The translations under genes were made by a program, and so were the position numbers. From Raillietiella orientalis (lineage: Eukaryota), in the NCBI GenBank assembly GCA_036172245.1, contig JAYWIR010000039.1, positions 1,426,001-1,490,000 on the forward strand: a stretch of 64,000 nucleotides of DNA. The letters are read 5' to 3'. Shown in pieces: positions 49,107-62,149 of the stretch (the stretch's first letter is position 1; each line of letters begins with the position of its first letter). A model generated the notes under the pieces. It ran no database searches, was not told the DNA's origin, and saw only the letters and a program-made list of their open reading frames with translations.

Positions 49107-51506
49107 CGCTATTCGGACTGTGCACGTTCACAGTTTCGAAACCAATCGAAAACCAAAAATAGCCTGAAAATACGTCCAACTTCGGATATACTTGGCTTGC
49201 CACACTTACGTATGAACATATTCGTATTAATACTCATCAAAAATCTGTTTCATGTTGCAGGAATTTTATTATTCAATTTCAAAATCCAAAGCAACAAATC
49301 AAGGTTACGTTCTTAATGCACCAAACAAACGAGGCTGATGGTAATACGTTTACAAGCCGCGTTTGCTTGCCAGATACGATCAAGATTCCACAAAAATTTC
49401 TGGTATCAAGGATGCTGGAAAGCTCGATTCAACCCAATTCGAATGTTCTTTGCGTTTCGTCTTAAATCCATGCTAATTGGATCGAGTCCTGCTAGTTCTG
49501 AATGAATGAGGAATTCCTTTGCCTTGGCCAAGGGGCCGTAGAATCATCCAGAAAGTTGCATCAGGATGGTAAGCAACGTTTTTTTTTTTTTGCCACCTGA
49601 TGCGTTATTCTAGAAATCGTTTCATCTTCCTTTTACTCTTAAAGCAGCAGCTGAAGTGAAACTGTCCACCAATTTTAACTTTAAAAGCATCTGAGTGGTC
49701 TCTCTTCACATCCTAATCTTGATTTTTCACTTTGTAGTGATCTTCTTCTTCTCCACAGATATACTTTTCTATGAAAAACTGCATCTCGCAATAGACTGCT
49801 TAAAGTATTGCACAAGGCTTGTTCTAAGACTAGGCGAAAGAGTCCTCTCTGCCTTTCGTTTGCCTTTCATTTTGCCAAGGTAGTATCCTTATAAAACCAA
49901 GACCAGGAAGGTAGAGGAATCATGTAAGCTGCAGAATGAGGTCTACAGAGTTACCTAATGGAGTTGCCAAATAACCTTGGAGCCTAAAAGTTACCTAAGT
50001 AATACTTCCATTCAAGGTCATTCAACTCAGGCTAGAGAATCCGAATTTCGAAAGCCACTTTAGAGCATTTAAAAAAACCTGAACACCCATTTCCTGGGAA
50101 TGCTCCGAAATCTGGGGCTACTTACCTGGCCCACACAAACTTTCTCAAGATTCCATGTACCAGAAGTACTGATCTCGCCCACCTCACAAAGCACGGATAC
50201 CTCCCTCGTCCCAGTCACACGTGGTTACAGTAATAAACCACACAACGAGCCACAAACCGAAAGTTTTCCTATGAAGACCAGCTTGAAAAGGCTCTCAAAG
50301 ACCACGGAATTCTCGCGCTCCAGCTGCAAACATCGTGGTAATTGGGCACATAATCCAAAAGATTTTCCACTAATTTGCGTATGCCGACTTTAAATGCACT
50401 CGCAATTACAAGATTTCATTTGCTTTTCTGAATGCATTTGTTCTCGTTCCCCAATTGCTTTTTTTTTTTTTTTTAATTTGAAACTTCAAGATAAATCCCT
50501 TAAGTACCTCTGAAATCAAAAACAATTATAGTGTACTGGGCCAACTGGCAAAATGCTATGAGATTTACGAAACCTCTCGACTCATTTCGAGGTCCCTGAA
50601 CTAAAACATTTGTTTCATTACACATACATTACTTGTACATCACTTTTTGTTCGCCACCACTGACAGTCCCGTGTTTGGGATGACTGAATATAAACTGCTC
50701 AAACCACTCTTCGGTCACGTAATTAAACATCATTACTGTCCAAACGTTTCTTCTTCGTTATTTAAAAAAATCAAACATTACCATATAAAACCAATTCTGG
50801 TACAAGAACCTGTTTTTTTTTTTTTTTTTTTTTTTTCCTGCCCGGATTGAAATATTCTTGCATTAAAGAATGAATGCTGCAGCATTCGAAAACCTGCAGA
50901 TTCGAAAATTAAGGATGCAATAAAATAGCTGCAGAGGCAGTCTTCATTCAAGGCAAGTTCCTTCCTTATAAGTATGTATAGAAATAGATTACTTGGTTTT
51001 AAACTGAAAGCTGTTTTTTCAATGTAATTCAAGCAGCAGTTAATTTTAAATCTTTCTTCGAAAAAGATTTATTTAATTACGTGGGGAAAGGATTTACCAG
51101 AGTGCAGCATTTAAAACACACACATCATTTTAGTTTTTAAAATAAAGGATTGTGTATATGTTTAATGTACCAGAAACTAAAGAGATGAATGTTTCGCGGG
51201 GCTGGATCTCGACACGAAGGCACTAGAGTTAGCATGAAATGAAAATGATACACGGCTGAGCTAGAAGATTTCCATTTTCTTGACGTCCTGCAGTGGATCA
51301 CTTGAGACGTCTTCCTGACAGTTTTTTGTTGCTGTCGCCACAATTTTGAACGGAAGGCTTTCAAACCTCACATGAGCTGGACATCCTTCGATTTTTCTCG
51401 GTATAATCTCGGATTATTTTCTCGCGATTTGGAGCCCCAAAGCTCAGATCATTTCGCATGGGAAGCAATCGCAAGACATCGGCACCGACATGGATCGACT
51501 TCGAAA

Positions 51507-51615
51507 CAAGGCCTGCAAGGTAGTCAGTCGTCTGCAAGACCTGCAGGGTGGTCAGTCGTCTGCAAGGCCTGCAAGGTAGTCAGTCGTCTGCAAGACCTGC
51601 AAGATGGTCGTCTGC
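51507..51615. repeat. 28-bp minisatellite, ~3.9 copies with alternating variants
   Basis: caaggcctgcaaggtagtcagtcgtctg / caagacctgcagggtggtcagtcgtctg / copy 1 again / truncated copy-2 type. Confidence 0.92.
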
Positions 51616-52137
51616 CCCTTGAAACACTCGATCAACATCCAAAAGTCAGAATACGTGGAACAATGCAAAAAAAAAACAAACTCGTACGTAAAAGTCTCCG
51701 ATGGTTTACGAACATTTCGGACAGGAGAAAAACCCGAGAATCCACGGCTACTTATGGTCGAAAAGTCAAGGCGTCAGAAAGTTCTTTTGTCTTATGCAGA
51801 AAACCGCATTCCGGTGAAGTACCTAAATGATTCGTGCTGGTTGCTGCTTCGAGAGTTCCATGTAAATACAATAAGATGATACAGTAGCGCGACACAATAT
51901 GCATTAAAAATCCTTGGCATGCTGAGCCAGCTTAATCGAAGCAGACTTAAACGATTCTACACAATGAACGAATTGTTGCAATTATGGTAGTGCTGAGAGA
52001 GATAAGACTTTAAGACGGGTTTTCTTTAAAAGCTTGATAAGATAAGCATTGTGCTATGGGAAAACGATCTGAAAATCCAAAGTTGCAAACAAACTCAACT
52101 TCACTTTCCTTCCACCATGTGCGATGCTTATTTCCTA

Positions 52138-54571
52138 ATGAATACAATAAAAGGAAGCAAGCAAAGGTATTTGAAAGTTCTTCAAAAAGTATAGAGATGC
52201 ATGAGAATATGTTATGCTTGCGTATTTACAGTTTCATACTATTCCGATAGATTAGTGCGAAGACTTCCAATACTGATTTGGTTAAAGAACTACTCATTCA
52301 ACATGCTAATTAGAGACCTGATAGCAGGTATCACAGTCGCATTCACCACAATACCACAAAGCATGGCCTATAGTGATATCATTGGGTTACCAGTAAAAGT
52401 CAGTAGCTATACCTCTTTCTGTGAACACTGGGTGAATGTTTTAGTATGGACTAATATCAGCATACATGGGTAATTTTGTGTATTGCATACTTGGTACAAC
52501 TAAAGAAATGACCATTGGAATAACTTCGATTTTATCTATTCTTCTTAAAGGCTACAATTATGGTAAAAATCCTGGATATATCATCCTCATAAGTTTTATT
52601 AATGGACTTATTATTACTTGCATTGGCATCCTAAATTTGAGTAAGTGAAAACGTGCTTGGCTCAATTGTTATACTTGATTTACTACACTACTAACATTAT
52701 AAACTCTTATCTGACCCTAAATAGTTTTATTTTAGGTATCATCCTGGAAGCCTTGTCAGTCCCTGTCATACTAGGTTTCACATCTGCTACTGCCTTCAGA
52801 ATTTCTCTAATGCAATTACCAAACCTTTTTGGAGTCAAATCTGTATCAAGAAGTTTTCTTTCCAGTACCCTAGAGTTTAGTAACATTTTTCGGAATATAC
52901 AGTGGTGGGATGCCACTCTTGGTTTAACTTCTTTCGTGATACTTCTACTTTTAAAGGTTGAGTGAGGCACTGGTTGTAACAATCACTTCTAATTGACTAG
53001 AGAGGAGGGGATTTGGTTCATGACTGGCAACCAAAGCACTGCAGTAAACACTTACTGCTGAAAGGAACACAATTTCTTTGTAGTGCCAGGTGTGCTGTTG
53101 TTATGTTCTTTAGTGTTTTTTTGGTTTATAGTCTTCAAGATAAAGTTTCTTTCACATTAATTGGTAGGTTTCCTTATCCATCCTTCTCCTTTATATCTTA
53201 GTTTCAGATCAGATAGAGCCAAACTCAGCTGTTTTTCAAGTGCCCATGTTTCATGTGGAAAAACAAAATCAGAGCTTATCTTATATACAAGCTCTGGGAA
53301 CCATGCAGCTTTCTCTGTTGATTGTACCAATAATCACCATGTTGGAAACCATTTCAGTTGCCAAGCACTACAGTAATTGTTTTTTTATTTTGGCAATGTT
53401 TAAAATATAAGTAGTAGTTAGTTGATTAATAATTGAAATTATAATTAGTAATTGTGATTCCATTAAAATGGAATTCCATTCTAATTCCAATTTTCTAAGG
53501 ATATTAGTTCTATTCACTTTTTTTCTTTTTGCATAGCGGGTTCCAAAATACTGGATTATAATCAAGAGATAATAGCTTTGGGATTGTGCAATTTAATAGG
53601 GTCATTTGTATCATCTTTACCTGTCAGTGGATCAATGTCAAGGTCAAGTTTAAATGCTGCTTGCAATGTACAGAGTCCTGGTGGTGGGTTTTGGTCAGGT
53701 AAAGAAACAATCAGAAATCTTTTCATTTCCTCTTAGCTGTAGTAGTTATTTTGGTTATGCTGTTCATTACTCCAGCATTAAACTACATCCCTAAGACTTC
53801 TTTAGCTGCAATCATACTTTCAGCTGCTCTTGGAATGGTGAAGTTAACTGAACTACGGTATATGTGGCATAGTTCACGTAAGTATGCACTGCAGTTTGAA
53901 CTAAAAAGTGCCTACAAAATTCTTTCTAGGAATGGATATTGTGGTTTGGATCAGCACATTTCTCAGTGGTTTGTTGTTCAGGATAGAAGTTGCAATATTG
54001 ACTGGAGTGATGACTAGTATTCTGTTATTACTTTTTCAAATGGCTAGGCCCAGAATGATCATCTCTAACATGTGTGCAGTAAGCATGTATCAGATTAATT
54101 GTCCGCTCTGCATTTCAGCATAGGAAGATATGCCTTATGTTTTGATTTCCCTGAAGCAAAACTTTCATTTTCTGTCTACTGATTATATTAAAAAAGCAAT
54201 CATAGATGCTGCCTCTAAAGAAGGGTTTGATGCTTTGCCAATTGTTTTGGATTTAACAGGAATATTGAAGTTAGACTTCACTGCAATTAAGGTAGCTGAT
54301 CTCAAATGGGTGTCTCTAACAAAAGTTTCAGGGCATAAACTCATTAGATGATTATTTTTTCACAAAGAAGCAGGCTTTTATCATAGTGGGCTTGAATGAT
54401 AACTTATCAGAAATATTTTCCACAGCCAAAGCATTACTCATTTGTAAAACACACAATTCTTTGTTGGAATGTATGAAAAATAACATCAGTAAGAAAATGC
54501 ACTTTCACCTGGTTTGCAAAGCATTTATGCTTTCAGATGCACCTTTATATGCAAATTACGGTACTTTTTAA
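52138..54571 (+). CDS. SLC26A11: SLC26/SulP sodium-independent sulfate-anion transporter, SLC26A11-like; exons 52138-52166, 52251-52398, 52445-52640, 52736-52956, 53001-53163, 53208-53372, 53537-53698, 53737-53877, 53930-54078, 54124-54291, 54332-54488, 54537-54571; ~577 aa
   Basis: Contains RRLPILIWL, DLIAGITVAFTTIPQSMAY, YGL, PVILGFTSA, NQEIIALG, PVSGSMSRS, YIPKTSLAAII, and STAS-like IVLDLTGILKLDFTA. Eleven GT-AG introns give an open 1734-nt CDS. The first exon and start codon are the least certain part. Confidence 0.9.
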
Positions 54572-54694
54572 AGAGTGGTTATTCTCAAATAATAGTTTTA
54601 AGGCTTTTGAAGTTCATTTCAAAGTGTATTTTGCAGACTGTTTAAACCAAGATGGAAACAATTACATCAATAATACGACGATACAAACACAGAA

Positions 54695-54700
54695 AATAAA
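54695..54700 (+). terminator. Candidate polyadenylation signal of the SLC26 gene
   Basis: AATAAA ~124 nt after the stop codon. Confidence 0.4.
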
Positions 54701-54899
54701 GAAACTGAGGCTCTTTTTTCACTTTTTGAATGCATGTTCTACCGATTAAAATGCCCTCCACGAAGCATGATTGAAAGTTATTCACAACCAAAACAGTGAT
54801 AGAATATCCTATACTTACATGCAATGTATATCTCCAAAGCAAAAGGAAACACCGTTATGAGAAACACTAATCCTGACTGATCAAACATCCTTAACATCA

Positions 54900-56800
54900 A
54901 TACCTATGCTGCTATTCTCCTCGTCATCTTGCTTAACGAAGGAAACAGGATCTTTGGAAGTTCAAAAAATGATATTGTGATGGCTGATTGTCGTATAAAT
55001 CACGAGTTCAAATTTCGAAATATCTTAGGGGTTAGGAACGTGATCATGGAAAGAAAAACTCATTTTCTACATTCATCTACAGCTATGCGGCACATACAAG
55101 CACGGCTAAAAGGGTATTGCGGCTATTGAATAACCGCGTTTCATACAGATCACGTTTCACATGCACAATTCTGCAGAGGAAAAAAAATTATCGATATATT
55201 ATGCAGAAAATCCTAAATTCAAATCGTCCACTCAAGCTTCCGGTTGCGTAAATTTTATATCTAAGAAGCATCAACGTCCATCTATGCATCCATTTCACAT
55301 CGAACATTTTCCGGCATCGAACTCGGCATCTCTCCTCTATGCAACCTTTATTCAGCACTTGGTACCTTTGTAAATCAAGAGCACCACATACTGATCTTTT
55401 ACTAGCATCAAATAAAAATTAATTATTTCAAAGAAAAACCCAGAATACTGTGACACATTATAACATTTATAACAATTTGTTCAATAACGGGCAATTCCGT
55501 TAACTTCACTCAGTTCAGTGCACTTTAATCAGAGTATGAAAACATAAAGAGGAAAGTTCGGCTGAATAACACATGCTTGATAATAGTAAGGTTTGTAAGT
55601 TTCCATAGGTTTGGCAGGAAACATAAATGCCAATCAAGATGATAATTGTAGAAAGCAGTAGTAGAAATGAGTGGTTGCTCGTGAAAGATGGCAGAATCTT
55701 CAGCTCTGTGTTAATCACGTTTCTAAACAAATTCCATATAAAAGGGCATTTCATAAATTGTTAATGACTTTAACAGGATAGGGTTATTCTGGAGTGGACT
55801 GCTTCATAGAAGGGATCGAAGGAAGTTCTACTGTAATAAAGATGATACAGTAATTCTTATGCAACAATTTAATGTGCTCAAAAAGAATGCCAATCAAAAA
55901 AAAAAAAGAGTACTTTCTAATTAAGAACATTAGTACGCACGATCTATGAGTAAGAACAAACCTCATGTAAAAAGATAAATGTTGACATAAAAAGTGCATG
56001 GTACATGTTATATCCATTGATACAGATACAATAACCGAACAATTCATGTATAATTTTTTTTTTAATGTACATTTTATATCGAATCAAATGTGTTGATTTT
56101 GTTTTCTTGATCATTCTTTTCTCCTCCGACGTGCAACCAACTCTTGTTTGCACAAAACTAACCTCAACAGGGAAACTATACAACAAACTTCACCAGAAAC
56201 AAGAAAGCTGTCGGCTGTACCTACTCCAGAAAACTTGGAGAAAGTGTTTACCCGAGAATTGGATATTCACGCAGAAAACATGCATGAGCTATGGTTATGA
56301 ACTCTTGAAGGGAAGTTCAAGTTTTGGTAACCTTACAGTCGAGACCACAAAAGGAAATTCCAAGTTCGGGATGATGCAAAGAAATGTTTCCGGTTACCAT
56401 TGCAGGAATAGGTTGGGGGACAGACAAAAAGGCTTTACTTTCTAAACTGTATAGTCGGTGTTTTGACTTGCATTTCTTCTTTGTCCAATTTACTGATTCA
56501 GCAAGAGGAGCATACACTCAGTTTTTTTTTTAAAAAAAAAAAAACAATACTGTTTCTATATACTGCAGAAAAATGATGAAAATTCTATAAGAAAAAAGAA
56601 AAAATAGATAAAACTCTTGCCGTGTTGAATACTTCATCCTGCGTTTGCATTCTAAACTAGCCTCTTGCGTTGTGAATCAAATATTCACTAAGGAATCATT
56701 GATGCTCTAGCAAAGCACCTATTACTGCTTCTGAATAGTTTTATAGCTGCAGCCTCAATTTACAATTTTGTGCCAGAATTTTTCGACCAATGCAAGTAAC
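54900..56800 (+). mobile_element. Degenerate hAT transposase relic
   Basis: Ordered weak motifs: NILGVRNVIMER (~55020, MxGxxNxV-like), YAAH (~55085), HNSAE (~55165), RTRHLS (~55320, TRWLS-like), HSKLASCVVNQIF (~56650, HSNAxVERIFS-like). Confidence 0.35.
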
Positions 56801-56999
56801 GCCTCATTATGACAAGATATGACAGCATAAATCACTGAGGGCACATTGGAAAATCACCCAATGGCTCCCCTTCTTCGAATCTGTTTGTCTGAGGTCATCA
56901 AATTTCACAATAGATGCAATTTTCTGTCTAATGTAGGCTGATAATCTATGGTCTCCGTTCCCATTATACCATATAATGAAGTCTTTTACTAATGAAAGT

Positions 57000-58600
57000 G
57001 TGCTGCTGTAGGTGATAACGAGTGTAGAGAATCAAATTTACCAAACATGGGCTCAATTCAGATTCAGTGACATCAGTGATACGACTCCTGTTAACTTTAT
57101 GAGCATTGAGGGAAATTCTTATTCCTATGAAGCCAATTGCATTCTCTCATTATGAAAAAAAAAAACTATGAACCTTCAAAAGCTCAGTTTTTGTTACAAA
57201 ATTCGCTTCTAGTAAACTGGACTGATTGTGTCGTTAAACTGATTGGAACCTGGTTCTTTTTCTCCAAGAGAAGAAAAAAAATCCGTGCAGACTACGGTAC
57301 GTTAGCAAGGGGTTTCAAGTGAAATTTCCTCGCGCTGATTCTCATAGATCTGTTTTAGAGAGCTGGAGCAGTGAGCAGCTCCACGAAGGCTGCTCGTTGC
57401 TCCAGTTCGTTCCACGCGTATAAGACGGAAAGCACCAGGGAAAAGGAACATCAAATGCTAACCAATAGTAGATGACAACTGGTCGTACAATTCGCATCGA
57501 ATCGTGTTGTGGTCCTTGCCATCGGACTCTTAGACTGTCGTGTGTGAGTGACATTGCTGATTCCATAAAGACGCAACAAGGATGTATAGGAACTACTACA
57601 ATACAAATGCTGACTTATAGAACATATTGCATGAAATCAAATTTCCATAAAGCTCATTCGATAGAATCAGACATGTGTTTCGGCTAGCCACTGAGATCTC
57701 CTTTGCGATTTGAAAAGTGACCTCACAGTTACTGTTCCCGGATGAAACCACTGTACTAATGATAAGTATTATTAATAAATGGTATTGCGGAGCTGATTTC
57801 AGTTTATTCCACCGTCTATTCCTTAATGCTTCTTTGGACGTTGGACAAGCACGCTGGGATTAGGGAGAATTCGAATACTGCAAATTCGATTTGGTGGAAT
57901 TCCTTTAAGCATCTAAATAGTGTTTAATCCAAGTCAAAATTCAATGAATGTGGGTTAGTCAGTGCATGCAAGTGAAGACTGCCGGGTATTCCCGTAAGTT
58001 TTAGACGCTACGGGAACTTTATCTAAACTTCGATCTAAAATTTGCATTGTGCTACTGCCTGTCGTAATGTTAATTACTTTTTATGATTTACTTTGACTGT
58101 TTTAAAAAGCATCCCGTGAAAATGGACAAAAGCAGTATTTCTCTCCAGAAAAAAAACATGACAAGTGCAAAAAAGAGGCACCTTATCACATGGAAGCAAA
58201 GATTCGATTTCGACGAAATGACAGTTGTGGAAGAAACAACAAACATCGGAAGAGCAGTTGGGGATGTGTGAACTGGAAAATTGGATGAATCAGAACATGT
58301 TCAGGGACTGCTCGATTCGGAAGACTTGACTGGTGACGATCAGCAGCAGAGAGCATTGGAAGCCGACAGTCAAGCCAAAGAATGTGCAAGAGAAGGAGTC
58401 CACACCGAGAAAGAGATATCTTTTAGGCCGTAGGAACGGTGGAGCAAAAAAATCAACCTCGCTCGAAGCCCGCAAATTCGTCAAGATCTCGATGTAGGGC
58501 ACTCTGGGGCTGCAAACGTGCATGAAGAAGATTGGAAGGGAAAAGAGCAGTCTGCGCTGCTAAGATATCTCGAAAAGCAATGAAGACATTTTCTGTCGGT
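57000..58600 (+). mobile_element. Degenerate Tigger/pogo transposase relic
   Basis: LARGFK (~57300), LFPDETTVLM..NGI (~57735, FLPPNTTSLxQPMDQG-like), and a Tigger-type acidic tail VVEETTNIGRAVG..LDESEHVQGLLDSEDLT (~58225-58335). Confidence 0.5.
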
Positions 58601-60819
58601 GTAGGGTTGCCTTCATCGATCGCACCTAGAATTCTCTTTTTTGTTGTTGTTTTCATCTTTGCCCTTTGTAACTGCTCTGGGAGTTTGTTAACAATAAATT
58701 TAGACTTTTATTTTATAGTAGCATTTCGTTGACTAGCACACGGAAAGTCATGATCAACATTTTTCGTGTTGACCAATTACATGCGAACATTTCGTGGAAC
58801 GAATTCTTCGCGATCCCCACCCGTATTAAGGGATTAATTAACTGGGATTATTATGAACATCCCATTATTACGAACCGAATTCCAGCTTTCGGGCGATAAT
58901 AGTCTCTTTAACGATACATATATTTTTGGTTCTTTCCTGCTATGAAAAGTGACAGCAACACTTTTGCGTTGGAAACGTGTTTCAAGGGCCACAGGAACGC
59001 CAAGTCTTCGCCTTCATATTACCTCGTGTTGCCGAATCGTCGCCCTGCTCCTGACGTGAACGAAGCTCAAGAACTCGAAAGAAAATAGTATGATTGATTT
59101 CATGATGGTAATTTCCCTACCCGTCTGGACGTTAATTAAGCACGACTTAACCAACATTTGAGTGCTCCGTCAAGAGCGTCTAATAAAGTGAAAAATCAAC
59201 GCACTCGGCAGAATGGTTGGGAAGCGCCAAAAGTAAAGTGTATGAGGCAAAAAATGAACTGCAGTTAGAAAATGAAGTTGATCACGAATTCAGGGATCGA
59301 ATTCTTTATTCGCTCGTTCTACAAAGCATCAAGCCAAAAAAAAAAAAATCGTCTTTACTTTCGTACCGTTTTTGGTCCATTTTTGTTTTCGATGCCAATG
59401 ATGACATCGCAAAGGATTCGATTTCCCATCTGTGATCCCATACACGGATTCCATTCTTCTTGATTACAGCATACAACACGCTCGAAGAATAACATGTCAA
59501 AGAACCAAAGGACAAATGTGAGTTTCGATGGATTTCGACTTTCAGAGTGAAAAAAAAAAAAAAAAAAAAAAAAACTTCACACGTAAAAACAAAATGAAGA
59601 AACCCGAATCAGTAAGCACTGTCACACGGTCACAAATCATTTGAATTTTCGACACATATAAGTGAAGCTCAAAGGGCCTGAGCGATGGACACTGAACACC
59701 CAAACACTGAAGAAATTAGATTTGAGATATAAAGTAGCACTGCTTGGGAATCTGTCGCAGCCGAAATTCAATGGGTTTAAATGAAATTACATAGAAGTGA
59801 GACATCCAAGCAAAATGGCTAACAGGCGGTTGTCTGCTGACTTTTTGTGAATGGTATGTTGGTTGCAACCATTTCTACAACTGTATCCTTTTTTATATGG
59901 CATTACGAAGGTATTTCCATAGAGTTTGGGAAAATAGATCCGAAACGCTTACCCGACTTGAAACACTTATGATGAAGTATGTTTATCATATTTCCTGGTA
60001 AGCAAACAAATATTCTCCACATAAAAAGCCAAAATGCGTTCTAAAGCTTGTGCATAAAAGCTGGTCATGGATGTAAGTGGAGTGACGTAAGTTGTAGCTC
60101 GAGGAAAGGAAAACTCTAATAGAAAATCGACTAGAATGAAGACTAAAGGTGAAAAAACATATCAATGTATACCTTTTCCCAGGAGAAGCAAAGTAGCATG
60201 AATTTAATTAACCAGCGAGCATCTCGTGTAAACCCGAGCCTGCCTGCTCCATGAGCACTACGCAATCACAGGAGCCCGACTCAAAATGAAGCTTTACACC
60301 ACTACATTCGGATTAATTAATTGAAAAACACACACACATCCCTCGAAAAATAATAACTGCTTCAATTCATTCAGCCACTTGATCCACCGAATAACACGAA
60401 AAATGAAGTAATTGGGAAAAGGAACACTTCTAAATGCGCCAATTCCTCGACGGAAAGGAAGGAAACCAATAAAGCATCTTTTAAGGAAACCTGCTGTCAG
60501 TAATCATCATTGAACAGCCAAGCTCTTTAAGAAACGAGCTCATCTCCTCAAATATTCATTTGTTTTTTGTTTTTTTTAAACACCTCTTGAGTTCTGCCTT
60601 TTTTCTTCTTCTTCTTCTTCTTCCTTTAAAAGGCACGTTCTTGGTGCCCGAGTGTTTCAAAAGACCTGAATTTCCAAGGCAAGCACCGGATCGAATCCTA
60701 CATTTTCAGCCCCCAATGTTTGTCCCTCAACGCGTATCCTCAACGTCGTTGTGCATAATCGTTTTGTCTTCTTAGTCTGCGCCCGAATTATGAAATTGAA
60801 AATTACGCATGCAAATGAT

Positions 60820-61755
60820 CATCCGATAAGTTGTACCCGTATTTTCCTGCCCAAAGTCATCGGGAACAGGTGAAAGCCGTCGCGAACGGCGTTCCGGAGG
60901 CTTCCTGTTCCTCGGGGTGTGTTCCAGGACCGTCCGCTAGATGCCAGGATGGGCGACCGGTACGTAAGACGAAATTCCTCGCTCAGCCTCCGGCGGCGAA
61001 GCGAAGCGCGGAAGACTCTCAAGGGCTGAACGGGAAACGGGCGGGGAACGCTCGTAAACAACGGGAAGAAGCTGTGCCCTCGATAGCAGCAGCACAGTTG
61101 CACGCGGGCTGTGTAACTGTGAGACTAAAAGGGCAGCATGGACGGCTCGGAGCGGCCGCGCAACCCCTGGCTGGCCGTGACACTGGACCATGTGCAACGT
61201 CCAACCATCCGAAAGGATCGAAGTGGCAAGGAGTTATCTGCAGCTCGGAATCATCGACAGAAGTGCGAAGATGACAAGGGAGCAACCGCACTATTCAACA
61301 ACAACAAAAAAAAAAAAGAAACATCATTCTGTACACCAGTTTGCGGACAAGAGAAGCCATCGGCTAGATGCATTCGCCGGATTCCATCTGCCATCCAGCT
61401 CCGAGTTGCCTCCACTCAACTTCTATCTTGCTTTGGTCCAAGAGATAATTCCTTTCGTGGGAGGAAGTTCGGGACGATGACGACGTTACCTATGAGGTGA
61501 AGACTGATCCCAGATGTCACTCGCGAAGAAGCACATGCTCTCGTTTCCAGACAGCGGCAAACCTTGGAAAAATACAAACACTGCATGGAAAGAGACTTAT
61601 AAAAATAAGGTACGCAGTCATTTTTTCTGATCAAGTTGGGGCTATTTGCAAAGATTTTTGACCGAAAATAGTAATGATGGCGCAAGAGTCAAGTTCGTCT
61701 TGTTCTTTCTCATCCAAAGTCATTCCACTTAATTTGAAACGTCCTTTATTTCGTA
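60820..61755 (+). mobile_element. Second degenerate mariner (different from the 13.3-kb element)
   Basis: CTRIFLP (~60832, CARWVP-like), ALFNNN (~61290, LLHDNA-like), HLPSSSELPPLNFYL + FGPRDNSFRGRKF (~61385-61470, HPPYSPDLAPxDFHLFGPLK..LRGRRF-like), and a TIR-like end ..aatttgaaacgtcctttatttcgta at ~61730-61755. Confidence 0.6.
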
Positions 61756-62149
61756 TGTGTAACACTCTCTCCTGGTGACTGTGAATATACAGTTATTGAA
61801 ACATGGTACCAAAAACCCCTGACGGCTACCCAAAGATTTCAGCATTAAAGTCCCGACTGTACTGTACCATAACCCTTAGAGACATGAATACAAAAATGAC
61901 ACAACTCACTTTGCTATTTACGCCAAGGTGATCACCTATTCACACATCAAAGATGTAACCGAGGAATCTTTGCCACAGCGAGGGTGTTTCTGAACATCTG
62001 AGCAGGATGAAGGACTCATGAATTCGAATGTCGTTCTGAGAACATTCAAATCAACGCGACAGCAAGCTTCCTTCTGTTCCGTCATTCATGATTCATGATG
62101 ACTTCCTCCTTACTCCTCACTCCGACCACGCTCCGGTCCACGAACCAGC

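Noticed and set aside
49500..51450. Possible TE relic or extra gene between SAT and SLC26
   Set aside because: Only an isolated RAFSS-like motif; no consistent exon chain or ordered motifs.
51507..51615. 28-bp repeats as a CRISPR array
   Set aside because: The units are directly adjacent with no unique spacers, there are no cas genes, and the context is eukaryotic.
52056..52250. ORF 52056..52250 or ORF start 52201 as the SLC26 N-terminus
   Set aside because: The 52056 frame reaches the 52167 donor in phase 0, which fits neither nearby acceptor; ATG 52138 with acceptor 52250 fits. An unspliced start at 52201 remains possible but was not preferred.
58750..60500. Possible further hAT relic (RIRFPICDP)
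   Set aside because: Too few ordered motifs to support a call.
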